Below, piece by piece: positions 35,976 to 50,659 of a stretch of 64,000 bases of DNA. The notes under the pieces are model-generated. The model was given only the letters and a program-made list of their open reading frames with translations, did no database searches and was not told where the DNA came from. Source of the DNA: Neoechinorhynchus agilis (taxonomy: Eukaryota; Animalia; Acanthocephala); NCBI GenBank assembly GCA_051530055.1, contig CM121342.1:15577480-15641479 (forward strand), given 5' to 3'. The position numbers were made by a program, and so were the translations under genes. The number at the start of each line of letters is the position of its first letter. Positions within the stretch are counted from its first letter, which is position 1.

Positions 35976-37349
35976 CGGGTTCACAACAGACCTGTCCAAT
36001 AACTGCAGCGCCGTAGATCCCTCGAAATTTAAGCCGGCATATAGCGTTTCCAACTAATGCTTCAAATGAAGATTTGCTATTCGGTTAAAGTTTGCTTTTA
36101 ACCTCCAAGAGGTGTATTTTATTACCATGCATTGATCAACGAGTGCCTACAGAGTCAGATTAGTTCTTCAAGTTTGAACAAAGTGAAAGATCAATTAAAA
36201 AGCCGGTTACTGTAGCCAGATCTTCTTTGCTGTTCACAAAGACAAAAGATAGAGAGGAAGAAGCATATTCAGATCGATGTTACCAAATGTTTTATCATTG
36301 TTGACGCATTTTCACTTAAAATCGATTAAAACGTTAGCTAAAAACGCCAAGAACGAGAAGCACTGTTTTCTAACATTGATGATGCAACATTCACAAGCGA
36401 AATGAAGGATCGAGACAAACTGCTTGTTAGTATTTATGCCGATGGCTGACTGTTGTACATTATGCCACAATCAGTAACGATTCGACTTTTCAATAACCTA
36501 CGCTTTGTTAAGGGAAACGCTTTAGGAAAATTGCAGTTTTAACGAATGAGGCTCTAAAGGAACTCGGTACACTTTTACGATAGTCAAAGTATAATTTTGG
36601 TGAACATACTCCCGGTCATAACCAAAACGCGTGCGGTTTTAACACTTTAACAATAACTGATGAGGCGAGGTTACTTCGTTCGAAATATTTCCAATAAATC
36701 AAATAAGTTATGACAGGGAGTATGTTCACCAAAATTATATTCATCAAAACTGTGAACTATTTAGTTTAAGTCGCTGCTTTGTTTTAATGACGAATTAGAG
36801 CATTTTCTGCTAAAGAATTAGGTTCGGATTATCGACGTCCAAACCACCCAAAAATCTACGGTGAACGCATGAATTAACAAAATGGATCAAAATGAATTGA
36901 AATAAAGAAGTAATAGGATCTATATTTTTCGTTCAAATGCCAAATGGTCGGGAGCAAAAGGGACGTTTTTAGAGGTGAAATAATACGTCTTCTTGTAATT
37001 TGAGTTTCGACAGCAGCTACGACCGCTTATAAACACCCATTGCTTAATTTTAAAAAACCAAGTATTGCATTACACGGAAATCCTAAACCATTTAGTAACT
37101 GATCCTCGTTATCGAACCAAAAAAAACGAAAGCTACGAAGCGAATGAATTTTTATAGCGACGGCAACAATAAACACGAGGATCTTAATCTCTCGTGAAGG
37201 AGTTCCATTTCGACCGGAAGAAATAAAGACTGGCGGGAAATAGGAGTGTATTTTTGAGAAGCTATCTTTGAAGAGAGCTTGTGTTAGATGCAGAAGTCGC
37301 AATAAAATTAGGAAGAAAAAGTGCCTCTTGAGGCCTACAATTAATCTGT

Positions 37350-38250
37350 GTGGAATCAACCCAGTGCAAAGTGCTTCTTTTTTCGTTGTGACTTGGACAG
37401 CCATTCGACTCGCACATTAAGAAGTTCTGCCACCACTTTTTAATATTTTCGTAAACGAAATTAAACCTATCTCGTCTCACTCTAAACTTTTCTTATATGC
37501 AGACGATCTCACCCTCGTCACCCTATCAGCAGCCCACCTCTCCCTCTCGTTAACATCTAAAGAAATCATCTACATCAAAGATTTCAGTACCAATTACCAA
37601 CTCAACCTGAGCTTCTGCAAATTTTTCGATATGATCCCCTCACTCTCCCGCAACTTCACATTCTATCCCGACCTTTTAAATGACGTCCTAAGAGTAACCT
37701 ACCTAAGAATTCTGAGTCTACAAATTTCAATAAAATCTGAAATGGGGTTCGCGCATTACACTTTCCCTCAAACGCAATACTTTTAAAATGTACTTCCTCA
37801 AACGACTCTGCCATTTTAGGAGTCGATTCGCCCGATCTCTCCAAATTTCACTGCGGCTCTATTTTACCCTCTCTCATCTACATCTATCCCATCTTTTGCA
37901 ACCTTTCCCAATCACAAACCCGTCGCCTTGAAACGTTTCATTAAAGCGTTGCACAGTTGGTTTTCTCCCTCTCACCGAATACCTTGATAAGATTTTCAAC
38001 TAAGAATCAAAACGCCTCTCAACTCAACCATCACAATTTTTACCACATTTCATTCCGATTTTCATACGAGCACAACACTCGCAATCCCAATTCCATTCAC
38101 CATCCCTCTACCTCCGCACCTTGTACCGTGCTGCCCAACCTTCTCGGATACCATGACCCGAAATGAAACTGAGGAAAAATCCAACCGAACAAACTACCAA
38201 CGTTTCCACCCCACAGGAACCGTAATCCATTCCAAAATCAACAGCCGCAT
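37350..38250 (+). mobile_element. L2/CR1-like LINE RT and 3' fragment
   Basis: KLFLYADDLTL; colinear with the reverse complement of 51485-52450. Confidence 0.8.
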
Positions 38251-38879
38251 TCATTTAACCTATCATATGATTCGAGTTTTCATGGGGATAATAAAATGTG
38301 TAATTTTACGCAAATTCTTAAAGAAACTTCGCTGTAGCCATCGCCCACGGAGACTGGTTCTGGATGTAGTTCCATTGTGTTTGTTAGCATCCAAAAATTG
38401 TTATGACGTTACTAATTAAAATGCGTTACAAGGTAGGTAAATTTCAACAATTACGATATGAGATAATATTTCAACTTAAGAACTTCTCCATAAACCTAAT
38501 GTATCCGTTCACCCAAGGGGCATGCCCCGGTCTTTGGAGCGGATAATCATTTAGGCTCGCAAGTCCTTGTGTTGGCCTTGCTAATGCACTCGGATCCTTA
38601 CCGCCAAATATTAGTCAACAAAAGCAAGAGTGAACAAGTAAATAAGAAAATTTTTGATTTACAGTTGCCTCTTGTGAGAGCATCTATAGAACAAATGACA
38701 TTCAATAAAACGGTTTAAATCGCATGACTTGAAAGCAAAATCGACAAAACTGTAAATCGTCGTCATATTATCGTTTTACAAAATGAGACTATCGGATTGA
38801 ATGATGACTTGTCAAACCCAAATTAAATTACGCTTGGATTTGACGGTTTTTATAATTTAGTTCGATCTGAAATGTCGAC

Positions 38880-39628
38880 TCAAGTCGCACTGCCGGTCCT
38901 GTGGGCATATTCAAGTCTGGTGATCACTCGAATAGAATACTGCGACAAGTTCGTTTCATCAGCATCCAATTTCTTAAAGTCTGTCCTCCACATTTTTGCT
39001 TTTATTCTGCAACAATCTTCGTTCACTTCTGTGATGATCCCATGATTGCCTTTCTCGGGCCCTCGAAGGACTTGAACACAGGCTCCTAAGCGCAAACAAG
39101 GAACTTCCTCGTGATTTGATTTTTTGAAACTATTCATGCATAGATTCTCATTTTTTGAGTAAAAGTCACGTTATTATAATGAAAAGAATCGATGCTATTT
39201 AATTGTTCAAGTAGAGATTTGTCAGCGCCAAGACCTAAACCCCGGGGACGCAAATACGCCCACTTATCGACGGGTTTGTCGATGCCCACTTCCTGACCCA
39301 TTCCACGTAAACAAGCTGCTCCAAACTCACTAATGTCCATTTGATCATAATCAATCTCGTCCGTAAGATGTTCTAAATTCACAGTCCTGTTGGGTAATAG
39401 TGGAATAATTTTAGCTTGCTTAGAATTGCATTTCTGCACTGGTTGTACCCCACGACGGTCTACTGATCGCACATATTCGCATCTATGTGAATCCTCCTTG
39501 TATTCACCGATCGATTCGTCTTCGATTTTCGCTTTTTTTAAATGTCGAGTTTTACTATCGCGACTTTTGGAGATTTTGAACGAAATCGCCGATTTGATAT
39601 TTGTATCGCTCGGAGAACCGGGATTCAT
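38880..39628 (-). CDS. GPKOW: G-patch domain and KOW motif protein (Spp2/GPKOW), with a 65-nt hairpin intron
   Basis: KIIPL; DYDQMDISEFGAACLRGMG; LRPRGLGLGA; KOW segment LGACVQVLRGPEKGNHGII. Confidence 0.85.
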
Positions 39629-39994
39629 CGATGGCACGGAATCTAAAAGGAAAATTAACACTCGGATTAAGGTAAATGATAAAAGTCGAGAGACCCTTGA
39701 ATTCACGTACATAAATGAAATCAACGAAAAAGTGCTTGTATTGAGATAGTGATTGACGTTTCGTTAAGATAGTCTTAGGACGCATCCGTAAGAATCCTTT
39801 AAGAGTAATCAAATTTGAAGACCAAAATGAAAGGAACTTTGTGATTAGAAAGAAAATTCCGAGCATTTCCACGTGATCAAATGCCAACGTGAGTTTGTAT
39901 CAACCAATATTCATCAGCGTTCAAAATAAATATGCAATGAACACAGCCTTCAAGAATATATTCGTTTATTGTAGTCTCTTTAGATTTGTTACAG

Positions 39995-40335
39995 GAGGTT
40001 AGTGGTGCAGTCCCCAGGAGCAGCAGCTACTGACGCGGAGGATCGAGAGGTGGCGAAATATAGAAAATTAGGTAGGTCTCACGTTTTTATACCCTTTGGA
40101 GTGGAGGCTCTTGGTGCGCTCTTTAGCTCGGCACTAAGATTTACGAAGGAGTTATCGAGTAGACTCCAGCCAAGACAGGAAATGCAGGAGCTGATGCTTT
40201 CCTACGCCAAAACATTGATCTCGCGATCCAAAGCGGAAACGCAGCGAGTGCGGTCGCGACCACTGAGGGAAGAGCAATGCCTCTTTATCGTGGACGGTGG
40301 TGATTGTTTAAACGTTTTGTTGTTGTGTGTGTAAA
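39995..40335 (+). mobile_element. CRE-like element 3' end (RLE); second copy at 50385-50620
   Basis: AATDAEDREVAKYRKLGRSHVFIPFGVEALG; shared tail gaagagcaatgcctctttatcgtggacggtggtgattgtttaaacg. Confidence 0.8.
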
Positions 40336-40749
40336 TGAAAGAGTTGCTTTCAAAAAAATTTAAAATTTGCAAAAAAATGCCTAGAAAACGAACAAAGCTG
40401 GTCAAAAAATAGGATAATTTTCGATTTACATAAAAATGAGTTATTAAGGATTGCATTCGGGTGTGGTTAGGTATGGTATTATTTAGGTCGATTGTCGACA
40501 CACGAAAGAGGGATCGCATTAAAGAAACGAATATATTTGGACTGATTGAATTAGAGTAATTTTATCAATTCAATTGCAAAAATGATTCTGATTCAATCAT
40601 TCGGAATATATACGTTCCACTTTAGCGTTCTCTCTCGGGTGTTGACAAGCGACCAAAATAACAAAAATTGAGTTATGCCAAAAAAGTGTTAAATCGTGGT
40701 ACATTTTAAACCGAATGAGACGCATAGAACGCTCAATGATAAAATCTCT

Positions 40750-40905
40750 AGTTAGGGCTACACCCGGTCAATGATTATTTCGATTAAAGAGGTTTCGAAC
40801 CTCGTCGGGTTGAAACGTCATTAATAAACATTCATTTACCGCGGGTGGAGAGTCCTAAACAATAATTAAAATCACATTCCCGGAACCTCACATATCGACA
40901 TTTTC
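40750..40905 (-). repeat. F1 foldback copy in inverted orientation
   Basis: Ends aatcacattcccggaacctcacatatcgaca, the reverse complement of the F1 head. Confidence 0.85.
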
Positions 40906-41800
40906 TAGTTCAGTATTTAGCAAACTTTTTGTTTTTTGGCATAAGGAAAAACCATTGTTTTATAATAAAAAGAAAAATTATTTAACACGTTTTTAAACAT
41001 TCGCTCTAACATTAGGCCGGAATAAGGACGACGAACCACAAGTAAGTGCCACAGTGTCCTATTTCTTGGCTTTTGTGTGCATGCATCCGGGCGGCAATGT
41101 CCGAGGTCCTATGACTCCGGAAAGACCATTTTTCAAGATGATCGATGTCATCTATAAGAAAACCTGTGTTCATTGCGCATAATAACAAATTCCATTCGTC
41201 TACATTTTGAAGACGGACGTATTTTTGAGCACTTACTTTGCGCTTTGAACCCAAACGCGGTCTTCATGGGCCAAACACCCCTTACAGCCGTGGAGTACCA
41301 AGCGAAAGATACATTTTTAACTTTCACTTTCAGAATCACTGCTCATCTCGAAAGAGGTGAAAAAATGGGACTGATGGTCGTCGAGAAGGGACGACCCACG
41401 TGCGACGTGTTATGGTGCTTAACCAAATGATGAGTTAGCCTCCTCAATGACTTTGTTCTAACTCCTTCTCTAGTTCGTGAATTGCTTTGTTGGACCCTCA
41501 AGAAAGAATGAAACTCCGAAATATCGGTCCTAAATAAAGCATTTCGTTTCAATCGTGTAAATTGTTCAAGAATGAATTACATCAAAAGAACTAATAAAAA
41601 CTTTACTTTAACACCCAGTATTTAAAATCAATCGTCTATCAACATCCAATAAACGATTTTAAAATACTACATTTACACTAATACTAGACAAGGAACTTAC
41701 ATCACACATAAACAATATCGCCATTTAGGGTAATGCAAAAACATTAAAATAATAATTATGGACCAAAGTCCACACAAGCTCTAAATAAAGTGGAACGTCG

Positions 41801-42442
41801 TTAGGAAAATCCTATGGGGCCGAGAGGATCGCCTTGTTGCAGGCCTGTTTCGGACCAAATGGTGTGCTCGTTAAAATGTAGAGGTGTCTTAGAACCATAC
41901 GCCTTCACAAAGTATTCATAGGCTTCAGGTAATTCTCGAGCAATGGTACTTAGCAAGGCTGTTAGATCGACTGTATTAAAGGCGTTCGAAAAATCGACTT
42001 TTAGGACAACAGTTGGGGTGGCAGAGGCGTCGATATAGGTACGTGTGGAGTGCACTATCGCTTCTGCTCCACATGGAGTACAGCAGCCCAACTGAAAAGG
42101 TTTGAGTTGCCCACCTACCCTTTCGCTCAGTCGCTTACACAAAATCTTCCCTGCCAAACGTCCTAGAGTGCAGCCCACAGCTATCGGACGAATATCTCCG
42201 TTTGATTTGGAAAGGGCGCAAAGAGATGCCGAGAATAGAAAATTCGTTGCTTCAAGTGGGAGAGGTCCATTTATGATTTCATCGACCACATTAACGAGTT
42301 CGGTTTCGAGCTTCATTCCCATCACCGCCGTTCCAAATCCCAACATATCCTTGATGTGTCCAAAAACCATTCGGGTACGAGTTTTTTCGGATAACCAAAA
42401 CCCCAATGTAATGTATCCGGTTTTTAAGGTTAAATTACTCAC
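41801..42442 (-). mobile_element. CRE-like retrotransposon RT fragment
   Basis: GDIRPIAVGCTLGRLAGK, FQLGCCTPCGAEAIVHS, KVDFSNAFNTV, GLQQGDPLGP. Confidence 0.85.
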
Positions 42443-42539
42443 ATGAAAGTTCTTAACGTGCGGAAAAAGTGCTTCAAAAAGAAAAAAATTGGATGGAAAT
42501 TACATAATTTTAGCTTTATTTTGAAAAATAATCACTTAC

Positions 42540-42830
42540 TTTTTAACCGTACCATTGAAAGCCCTCGTTTTTTCGCCCCTTTTCATACGAGCACAACATT
42601 CGCAATCCCAATCATCCTCCCTCAACCTCGCACCTCCCTCAACCTCCGTTCCTTGTACCATGCTGCCCAATCCGACCGTCATCCACTCCGGATCCATCAT
42701 CAACTCTAAAGTGATCACGAGGACCCAAAGGTACATGGGTCCTCTTCTTAAACAAAATAACACGTGCTGTTGAAACTGAGGGAAACCCCAACCTCATAAA
42801 CTCTCCTAAAAACAGTAACCACCAATATTC
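42540..42830 (+). mobile_element. L2/CR1-like LINE 3' fragment
   Basis: Matches 38060-38250; tail motif gaggacccaaaggtacat. Confidence 0.7.
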
Positions 42831-42834
42831 CCAT

Positions 42835-43420
42835 TCGGCCAGGTGCTGTGCGAACGAGTTGATGAATTATCTTCACACGAAGCTTTGTTCCTGATCAAGA
42901 ACACTCTCTTCATTCCAAAATTGATGTATAAGCTGCACACAGCACCTTTTTAGACATAAGGAAAAGCTGGTAAAATTAGACCAGACGGTGAAAGCCTCTC
43001 TCGAGAAAATTTTAAATACTCAACTGTCGGATGAGGTCTGGCGTCAAACGTCCTTGCCTGTGTGGTCCAGCGTTTTGGGTACGCGAAAATCAGAAGATAT
43101 TTACTTGTAGGCTTATTTGGGATCGTATGAATTAATCCGCAAAGTAGTTCAGTCTTTTCATGGCGAGAATTACAGGCTACATGAAGATTTCGTGGAGCCT
43201 GTTAATCTTTGGTTTGAAGATTCCTATAGCTTCGCAAACAACCAGTTTGAGATTAACTACTAGTAGCAAGAATTCATAACTCTTTAATTTCAGATTCTCG
43301 TGAGCTGGTTAACCGAGCTCGATTGGAAGTAATCTCGACTAGAAAATCGAGTGCTTGGCTCAAGGCTCACCATAGTGCTTCTGCAGTACACTAGAGCCAT
43401 CGGGCCGCAATTGTCTCGTC
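42835..43420 (+). mobile_element. Degenerate CRE-like fragment (post-RT region)
   Basis: RARLEVISTRKSSAWLKA resembles the conserved RARL..S...SGAWL.A segment of CRE elements. Confidence 0.5.
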
Positions 43421-44329
43421 AATCGGCAATCAGGCAGAAAGTAATCACGGCGCGCCGAAGTGAACGCAATTCTTAATCCGTGCTCTGGCCATTGTTAAAA
43501 CCGCCATAGGCAGCAACCGCTGCTCGGTCCTTTCGAACAATACATTAGCACGGCAGCTGAGTGATCCAGAGTGGTGGCGCTGAGTTTGCAAACTTTTTTT
43601 TATGAAAAACCTTGTGTTCTTAATCAAACTACTAAAACAACTATAAAAAAATTGAACTACTAATAAAAACCCAAGAAAATAGTACTAATACATAATATAA
43701 GACACATATACATAGCTTGACAGGTCCTACTCAAAAGTTCCGGAAAAGTTAATTAAAATTAAAACAGAGACAAATCCCACTAATACAATTTGTTTCGTCG
43801 AAGTAGAAGGTTATATAAAGCCAATGTAAGAGTAGTTATAAAAAATGGTATACGTGCTATCAAAAATAAAACATAAACTAGCAATAATTTTTTCTCACTC
43901 TGCAATAATTTTTTTCTCATTTAAAAAATTTTTTCTCATTTAAAATTTCCCTAAAGAGTATATATTAAAGTTGATATCGATGTAGGACTGACATAAACGA
44001 CATTTAACAGTAAAAATAGTCCTAAATAAAATATATTCAAGCTATTTACCATCTAATAAAGTAGCTATTTTTGGGACCCATCGAGGTATTCTGTATCCCA
44101 ACCCCGGACGCAAACTCTACTTGGAAATCGGCAGTTAAAGGTGCTGCTAGAACTTCACGCTTCATTTCGCTATACAGGAAATAATTGCTTCGGAATTTAA
44201 GATGTTCTAAATTTTTATTGAGCGACGCCGAATGTTAGAATTTCTCGAAAAATATGCACAATTGATTCAAGAAAATTCAATTATGCTTGCTCCTTCCAGT
44301 ATTACCCACTGCAGAGACACAAAATGTGT

Positions 44330-47300
44330 TTAATATTCGATTTCATCCATCTCTGTAGCGTCAGAATATTTGCCACTAGTCCTCGCCATCTGATAGAATA
44401 TCGAGTTTTCGTTCGCCAACAACTCTGATGGCTTTCCACTCTCAACTACATCCCCGTCTTTCACAAGCATAACTACATCGCTGTAGATTGCATCTTCGAG
44501 CTTGTGCATTATACTGATGACCGTACATTCCCTCAACTCCCTACTTATAATCTCTTGAATCTGAATCTGGGTTGGCTGGTCGACTTTGGAACTAGCCTCG
44601 TCAATGAGAACAATTGATTTCTTTTCTAGTAATATCTTCGCCAACCACAATAACTGCCGCTCGCTTATTCCGAATTCCGATTCGCCTTCGCATACGTAAT
44701 CGAGTTTGTTCGTTGAATTTTGAATGCTCAATTGCCGAATTCGATTATCCAGTCCAACCTGTAAGTTTATACTTGCATTTAAAAGTAAAAAGAGTCACAC
44801 GTACTTTCTGAAGGACATCCCAAATCTCAGTGTCTGACTTTTCTTGAAAGGGGTCCAAATTAAGTCGAATACTGGTCTTCATCAATACCGCTTCCTAAAA
44901 TAGCTCAATTTAGTTTGTATTGTGAAAAATCTATCCTACCTGTGGAAGGAGTGAAATACTGCGTCTTAGTTGATTGAGATTCATTGATTCAGTGTCAATA
45001 CCACCAACGATAATCTTTCCTTCTACAATCCCCAATCTAAATATGGCACCGAATATGGTGCTCTTTCCCGCTCCAGTTGGTCCAACAATAGCAACCTATT
45101 TGTTTACAGTGTTTAAAATACCAAGAAAATACTTTAGCGCATACTAACCTTGGATCTGGGCATAATCCTTAGATCGAGGCCATTTAGAACAAAGGGGAGA
45201 TCCTTAAAATACTTGAAACGGACGTTGATGAATTCTATTGAGTTATCAACATAAGGAGGTTTTCCTATTTCATCCCATGATCCAGTGTTCGGTTCTTGAA
45301 CAGCATCATAAAGATCGAAAACTCTAGCAGCCGACAGCAACTATTAAACATAGAGAACATTATTTCTTGTCAAAGCAATGGTTTTACGAACGTGATTAAT
45401 ACTAAGTTGAGCCTCTTGGATAAAAGAACGTGCGATTTCAGCCACTACTATTGTATATGTTACTGCCAGTTGTCCGACCTCAGTTGTTCCTTTTACGATT
45501 TTTAATTACTCGGAATTTTTAATTGCTTGAAATTAGCTAACCATTGTAGAAGTACAAGAAAACAATCGTAGTCACCAGCATGACTAAGAGAATAACGAAA
45601 TCAACAGTGAATTGAGCTATTCGTTCAAGCAAAATTAACGTGTACCGTACTTGATTGTTCGTATCTAAAACCATTAGATCAAAAAAGATTCTCATTTATC
45701 GAAGCAATCTCAAACCAATTGTGTACTCGAACTCTGATATCATTTCATATTCAGCTTTAGATGCTCGAACGGATACGAGACCTTGATGGGTTGCTACCAA
45801 GTGGGTTAGTATGTTTGTTCGAGCTACGAGATGAATGTTTCAGGATGAGCGTAGCATTTTCAAACAGGAGTCTTACTGTCAGATTCCATTTGGTATCCTG
45901 CGGCAGTTAGATTTATTTGGTGGTATACTAGGAAAACCATAGCTAAAACCGCCGGTAGTACGAAAGCGATTGCTACAGGACAGATACAGCAAATGTAGAT
46001 CATAAATGCGGAGATTTGTGAAGCGTCCTAAAAGATTCATTTTTATACAAAATGTGGATTTTTCTAAAGGTGAAGTAAATATTTGGAAGATTCCGTTTGA
46101 ATTAAGGAGGCAAAGACAAGACGAGATCAAGATCAGTATGATTGATTCTCGCTATCATCCCAAATGTAAGAATGTAGTTTATGCTCGACAATTCTTATGC
46201 TTTCAGGACAGGTCTTTAGGCAAAAAACATAATATGATTTATCGTTTGATTTTAACATTTAAAAGTAACAAGGGACCGCAATTTTGTTTAATATCATTTG
46301 TACTAAACCTGTCCGATTCCATAAGTTGAAATGGGCACGAAATTCTGCATAACACCAATATCAAACGACAATCGATTGAACGCAACACCTTTTTAAAGAA
46401 AATAAACTTTTTTCTCAGAATACTTCAAAACAAACCTCGCAATACTTTCCCGAATGTATACGAATACGATCCCATCACTTTTGCCAAGCTTCTTGAATGA
46501 GCGTAGAATGTATCGTAGCCAATCATGGTGATGATGATAAGTAGAACCGAACCAGCACAGATTACAAATCCAATTAGGTGGCCTATAAAAACAAATAAGG
46601 AACTAATATTTTAATATTCAGCGAACCTATATAGATTGTCTCGTAGGCGTTGCTACTCAAATGCTTTGTGCTATTTTCGTTTTCAGTCGAGAGCCAGCTA
46701 GAAAGCCAGTATTCCGCCAGAATGCGAGAAGTATGTGATCCGCCCCAAAATAGAATTAAAAAGGGGACAACTGCAGCTCCAATTTTGTTCGGTGTCAATA
46801 GTTTTCCCAAAAGTTTAATCCAGCCCACGGCGTCCACCGTTCTTGGGGTGAGGGTAAATCCGCTTATTTCCGATTCTTTATTCTGTGAACACATCGAGTA
46901 ACGCCGAGCAACGTTGTCCAGAGTGATAAGTTCAAAATAGGAATATTGCTGAGTGCGCGGATAATCAGAATCGTCCTCGGCTTTGAAAGCCGCTTGTTCG
47001 TAAATACAGTCAATTGAACCCTGCGCTATTGAATTGACTTAAAAAAAGTCATAGGCTAACTTACGTCCTTCAGAGTTACGACAATAGCGAAGCGAGCGGC
47101 ATCCAGGACCTTGGAGGCGCAGTATAATACGGTTTTATTTTTCAGGAATATTCGAATGCAACTAAATTAAGTTCAATTGAGCTCTTTTTCTATTTATCTA
47201 AAGATAATACTGACTGCTTTAAAATATGTGTCCTTGTTTTAAAATCAACTGCACTCAAAGGATCATCAAGAAGATACACGTCAACATCTTGGTAAATCGC

Positions 47301-49485
47301 CCTGGCTAATGAAACTCTCGCTTTTTGTCCACCGCTTAAACCGCTTCCCCCATCACCAATCATCGTGAGATCTTTTTGGGGCAAAACATTTAAATCCTGA
47401 ACAGAAAAGCGATTCATTGCACTGTTCATATTAAAAATAAAAAACCTCAATTAAGCAACAGGCATAAATTACCGCCTTATACCGCTTAACATTCGGTCTC
47501 CCAGTAAATATTATATTCTGTCGAATTGTGCCAGGAAACAGCCACGGAGTTTGAGTGCTGATGGAGACGCTTCCGTGGATGATGGCACTACCGCATATGA
47601 CTCGCAACTCGTTCAGTATTGAGTAAAGCAGAGACGTTTTTCCTGATTTGGACGGTCCGATAATGTAAGTCAAAGTTTTCCTTTCAATCTGTAAAGAAGT
47701 ATTTCTTATATTGATAGAAGAAGCCTAAATAAAATTAAGGATTTAAAGGAATAAAGGAGAGTAAGGTACATACCTCATTGTCCCACGATGAACTTAAGGA
47801 CGATAATTCTATGGCATAATAGGAATCATTCTTAATGTTTTCCGATTGACGATTCAGATGATCGCAATTCAGGTCTACATCCTCGGCCAGTTTCTGAATT
47901 AAGATGAAAACACCTTTTATTTGAATAAACAAACCATACCTGCAGCCTCTCAAGGGAGAGTTTCACTTCCGAGAAGCGAGTAAAGAACCGAATTACAAAA
48001 TATCCGAAATTTAGTCGCAAGACGGGCGACACTGCCATTAATTGAAATACCTTTACTCCGTTTGGTAGGTTGCCGTGAGCTTTGAAACTTGTCACAATAT
48101 ACGTCAGTGTGATAAATGAGTGAAGTAAAGGCGGGAATATACAAGAGTTCGCTTCCACAAGATTTTTCAGTGCACAGAAAAACGTCTCCTTCTTATTTAA
48201 CTGGCACATCACTTTATAGATAACTGTATCCAAACAGCACATTTTGAAGGTTTGAGCGAACCGGCAATATATTGCGAGATTGTGAAGTCTCTTATCCACT
48301 TGTTTGTTAATGCGTTTCCTGCAAAAGAGTTTAAATCCTGACTCATTCACTCATTGGCTAACCTAATTAGTCGTAGGCCAATAAAATAGACAGGTGTGAG
48401 TGCAAAGGCAATGAGATAAACGCATATTGCGATCGCAGCGAACGTGTCAATGTAAAGATAGCAAAATGTAAATACCATAATAAACCTCAAAATGCTTCCA
48501 AGAACTTGAACACCGAATTGTGCGAAAGTGTCAAACGAGTAACTATCAGTACTTATGAGACTGCTAAGATATCCCGATTCGATTCGATCACATTGATGAA
48601 GAGAAAGCTTCAAGCACTACAATGTGTAGGTGAGGAATTAAACAACTTCTATCATTCTCAAAAAAATTTACCTTTGCATACACTAATCTCGTAAAAGCAG
48701 CTCTTGCTTCGAAGCCAAGACATAGTGATTCATACAGCGACCAACAACTCGCAAGTGAACTTGCGTGATATAATAAAATGTGAGATACCAAGAAGATCCA
48801 TGCACGATTGTCTGTGATATCTCCTTTTATATATTGGAGGATTCGACCGAATATAGGGATCATCGCGATAAGAAACGCGGCCTGTTTGGGGATACATGAA
48901 ATAAATTGAAAGAACAAATTTCTGAATTTAAACGAACTTTCTAGCCTTTACTCGACACTAAGACAAAAGTATAAAACAAATCGATTTTCTTAGTTCAAAC
49001 ATAGTGGCTAACTTTAGCTCGGTACTACCTTGAAAGGCGCAGAAACGTGTGATCGGAAATTATTAATTGATGGGTGGTACAATTTGAAACCCGGTCGGAA
49101 ATGCTTACCTCTAATACATTAAGGAACGTCGACAGTATGATTTGTTTCAGAAATACGCAGATAAATATTCGTGATAGACTAGGCCTTTTTGAAGAAAATT
49201 GACGCTTCCACCTTCTGTTTTAAATAAATATTATTTAAGCAGAAAATTTTTAATACCGTTCAATTTCTATGCCAGTTTGAGATACTCTTCTTTTCTCAGG
49301 TAATCCAGAAATGTCCGTTTCGTGAAGAGGTCTATGAGTGCGAAAAAAGATTGGTGCGATATACCTAAGAAATGTTTCAGCATATAGGCTATTTAAGGAA
49401 TAGTTACAAACGCAAAATAAAGTTTTGCAAGAATATTGGTTCCAGATGCAATATTTGGTATATCCTGAACTTTGAAGCTGATCAT
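44330..49485 (-). CDS. ABC transporter subfamily C (MRP4-like short form), about 17 exons
   Basis: NBD1 [32 protein letters not shown]; NBD2 [23 protein letters not shown]; the introns I traced are all GT-AG. Confidence 0.92.
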
Positions 49486-50229
49486 TGCGTTAAAATTCTA
49501 TCGCCGAAATTGCTATGAGACTTGTCGACGAGCTATACAGTATCGCGTAGTAATATACTCTTGCGAAACTCAACTTTGTTTGTCAACAGGTTTAAGCAAT
49601 ATCGAAATTGTTTTCTTAAAAACTTCTAACAGGTTGTTGATGTGATGTATTTTAGATTCCGACTTGTGGTGGCGTTAATTTCGACAGATCAATGAATATT
49701 TGAATCAAGAAGATAGCGATTATAATAAGAAAGTTCGGGCTAATATGTTTCATACAATCATTCATAACCACCTTCCTTTTGTGGAATTTACAAGAGCATC
49801 GAAAATAGCGTCCCTGCAACTTAAGGCGCTTTCTCAATCTTCACGCATTAATGTTCGCTTCGTTTGCATTCCTTGGAATTGAATTGATCTGCTATTTTGC
49901 TGATAGAATTTAGAATTCTGCTTTTGAACATTAAAGCCGACAAACAGTAAACTTAAGCGTTCATTGATGTCAATGAGACCATTAAACGTCATCGTGCTCT
50001 CATGAGTGAACAAAAAGGTTAATTTTCGAAACCTAAAGATGCTAGCAGGCGTTAAGCTACAAACAATACTTCTAAATCACAATATTACGGATTATGGCCT
50101 CCAATCGCTTTATGATTCCTGCTTTACCTATTCGATCGATTTATAGGAATGCATATTTTAATTAGAAAGATTGTCTATTTGATCAAAAAAGCCAAATCGC
50201 TATTGTTTCTGTAATCATAATCTAAAATC

Positions 50230-50620
50230 TTTGGTCGGGGATGTCTGTTAGGGCGGGAATATCAGGTATTGTTATGTCCGTTCGTGTGGGAATTGGCGGA
50301 TATTGCTTTTAGGAGCGCTTGTAAGGTTTGTCTTTCCTAGGATTAATTTCAGAATATGATATCCGAGAAGATTTGCGCTTTATGGAAGGAGGTCTCACGT
50401 TTTGGTACCCTTTGGAGGGGAGACCCTTGGTGCGCTCTTTAGCTCGGCCATGCCAAGACAGAAAATACAATAGCTGGTGCTTTCCTGCGCCAAAACTTTG
50501 GTATCGCGATCCAAAGCCGAAACGCAGCGAGTGTGGTTACGTCCACTGAGGGAAGAGCAATGCCTCTTTATCGTGGACGGTGGTGATTGTTTAAACGTTT
50601 TGTTGTTGTGTGTGTAACAA
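50230..50620. mobile_element. L2-like 3' fragment (-) joined to a CRE-like 3' end (+)
   Basis: 50230-50380 matches 51560-51750; 50385-50620 matches 40075-40335. Confidence 0.7.
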
Positions 50621-50659
50621 AAAGTGTATTAAAATAAACTGTTTTTTCTGTCAACTCTA

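Noticed and set aside
41012-41552. Overlapping short ORFs as a gene
   Set aside because: No recognisable motif in any frame; probably a decayed repeat. Most other 60-120 aa ORFs in the track are antisense shadows of real exons or repeats.
44560-44680. Degenerate ABC signature FGISERQ in ABCC NBD2
   Set aside because: The NBD2 signature pairs with the already degenerate NBD1 Walker B (DD) site, a known ABCC asymmetry.
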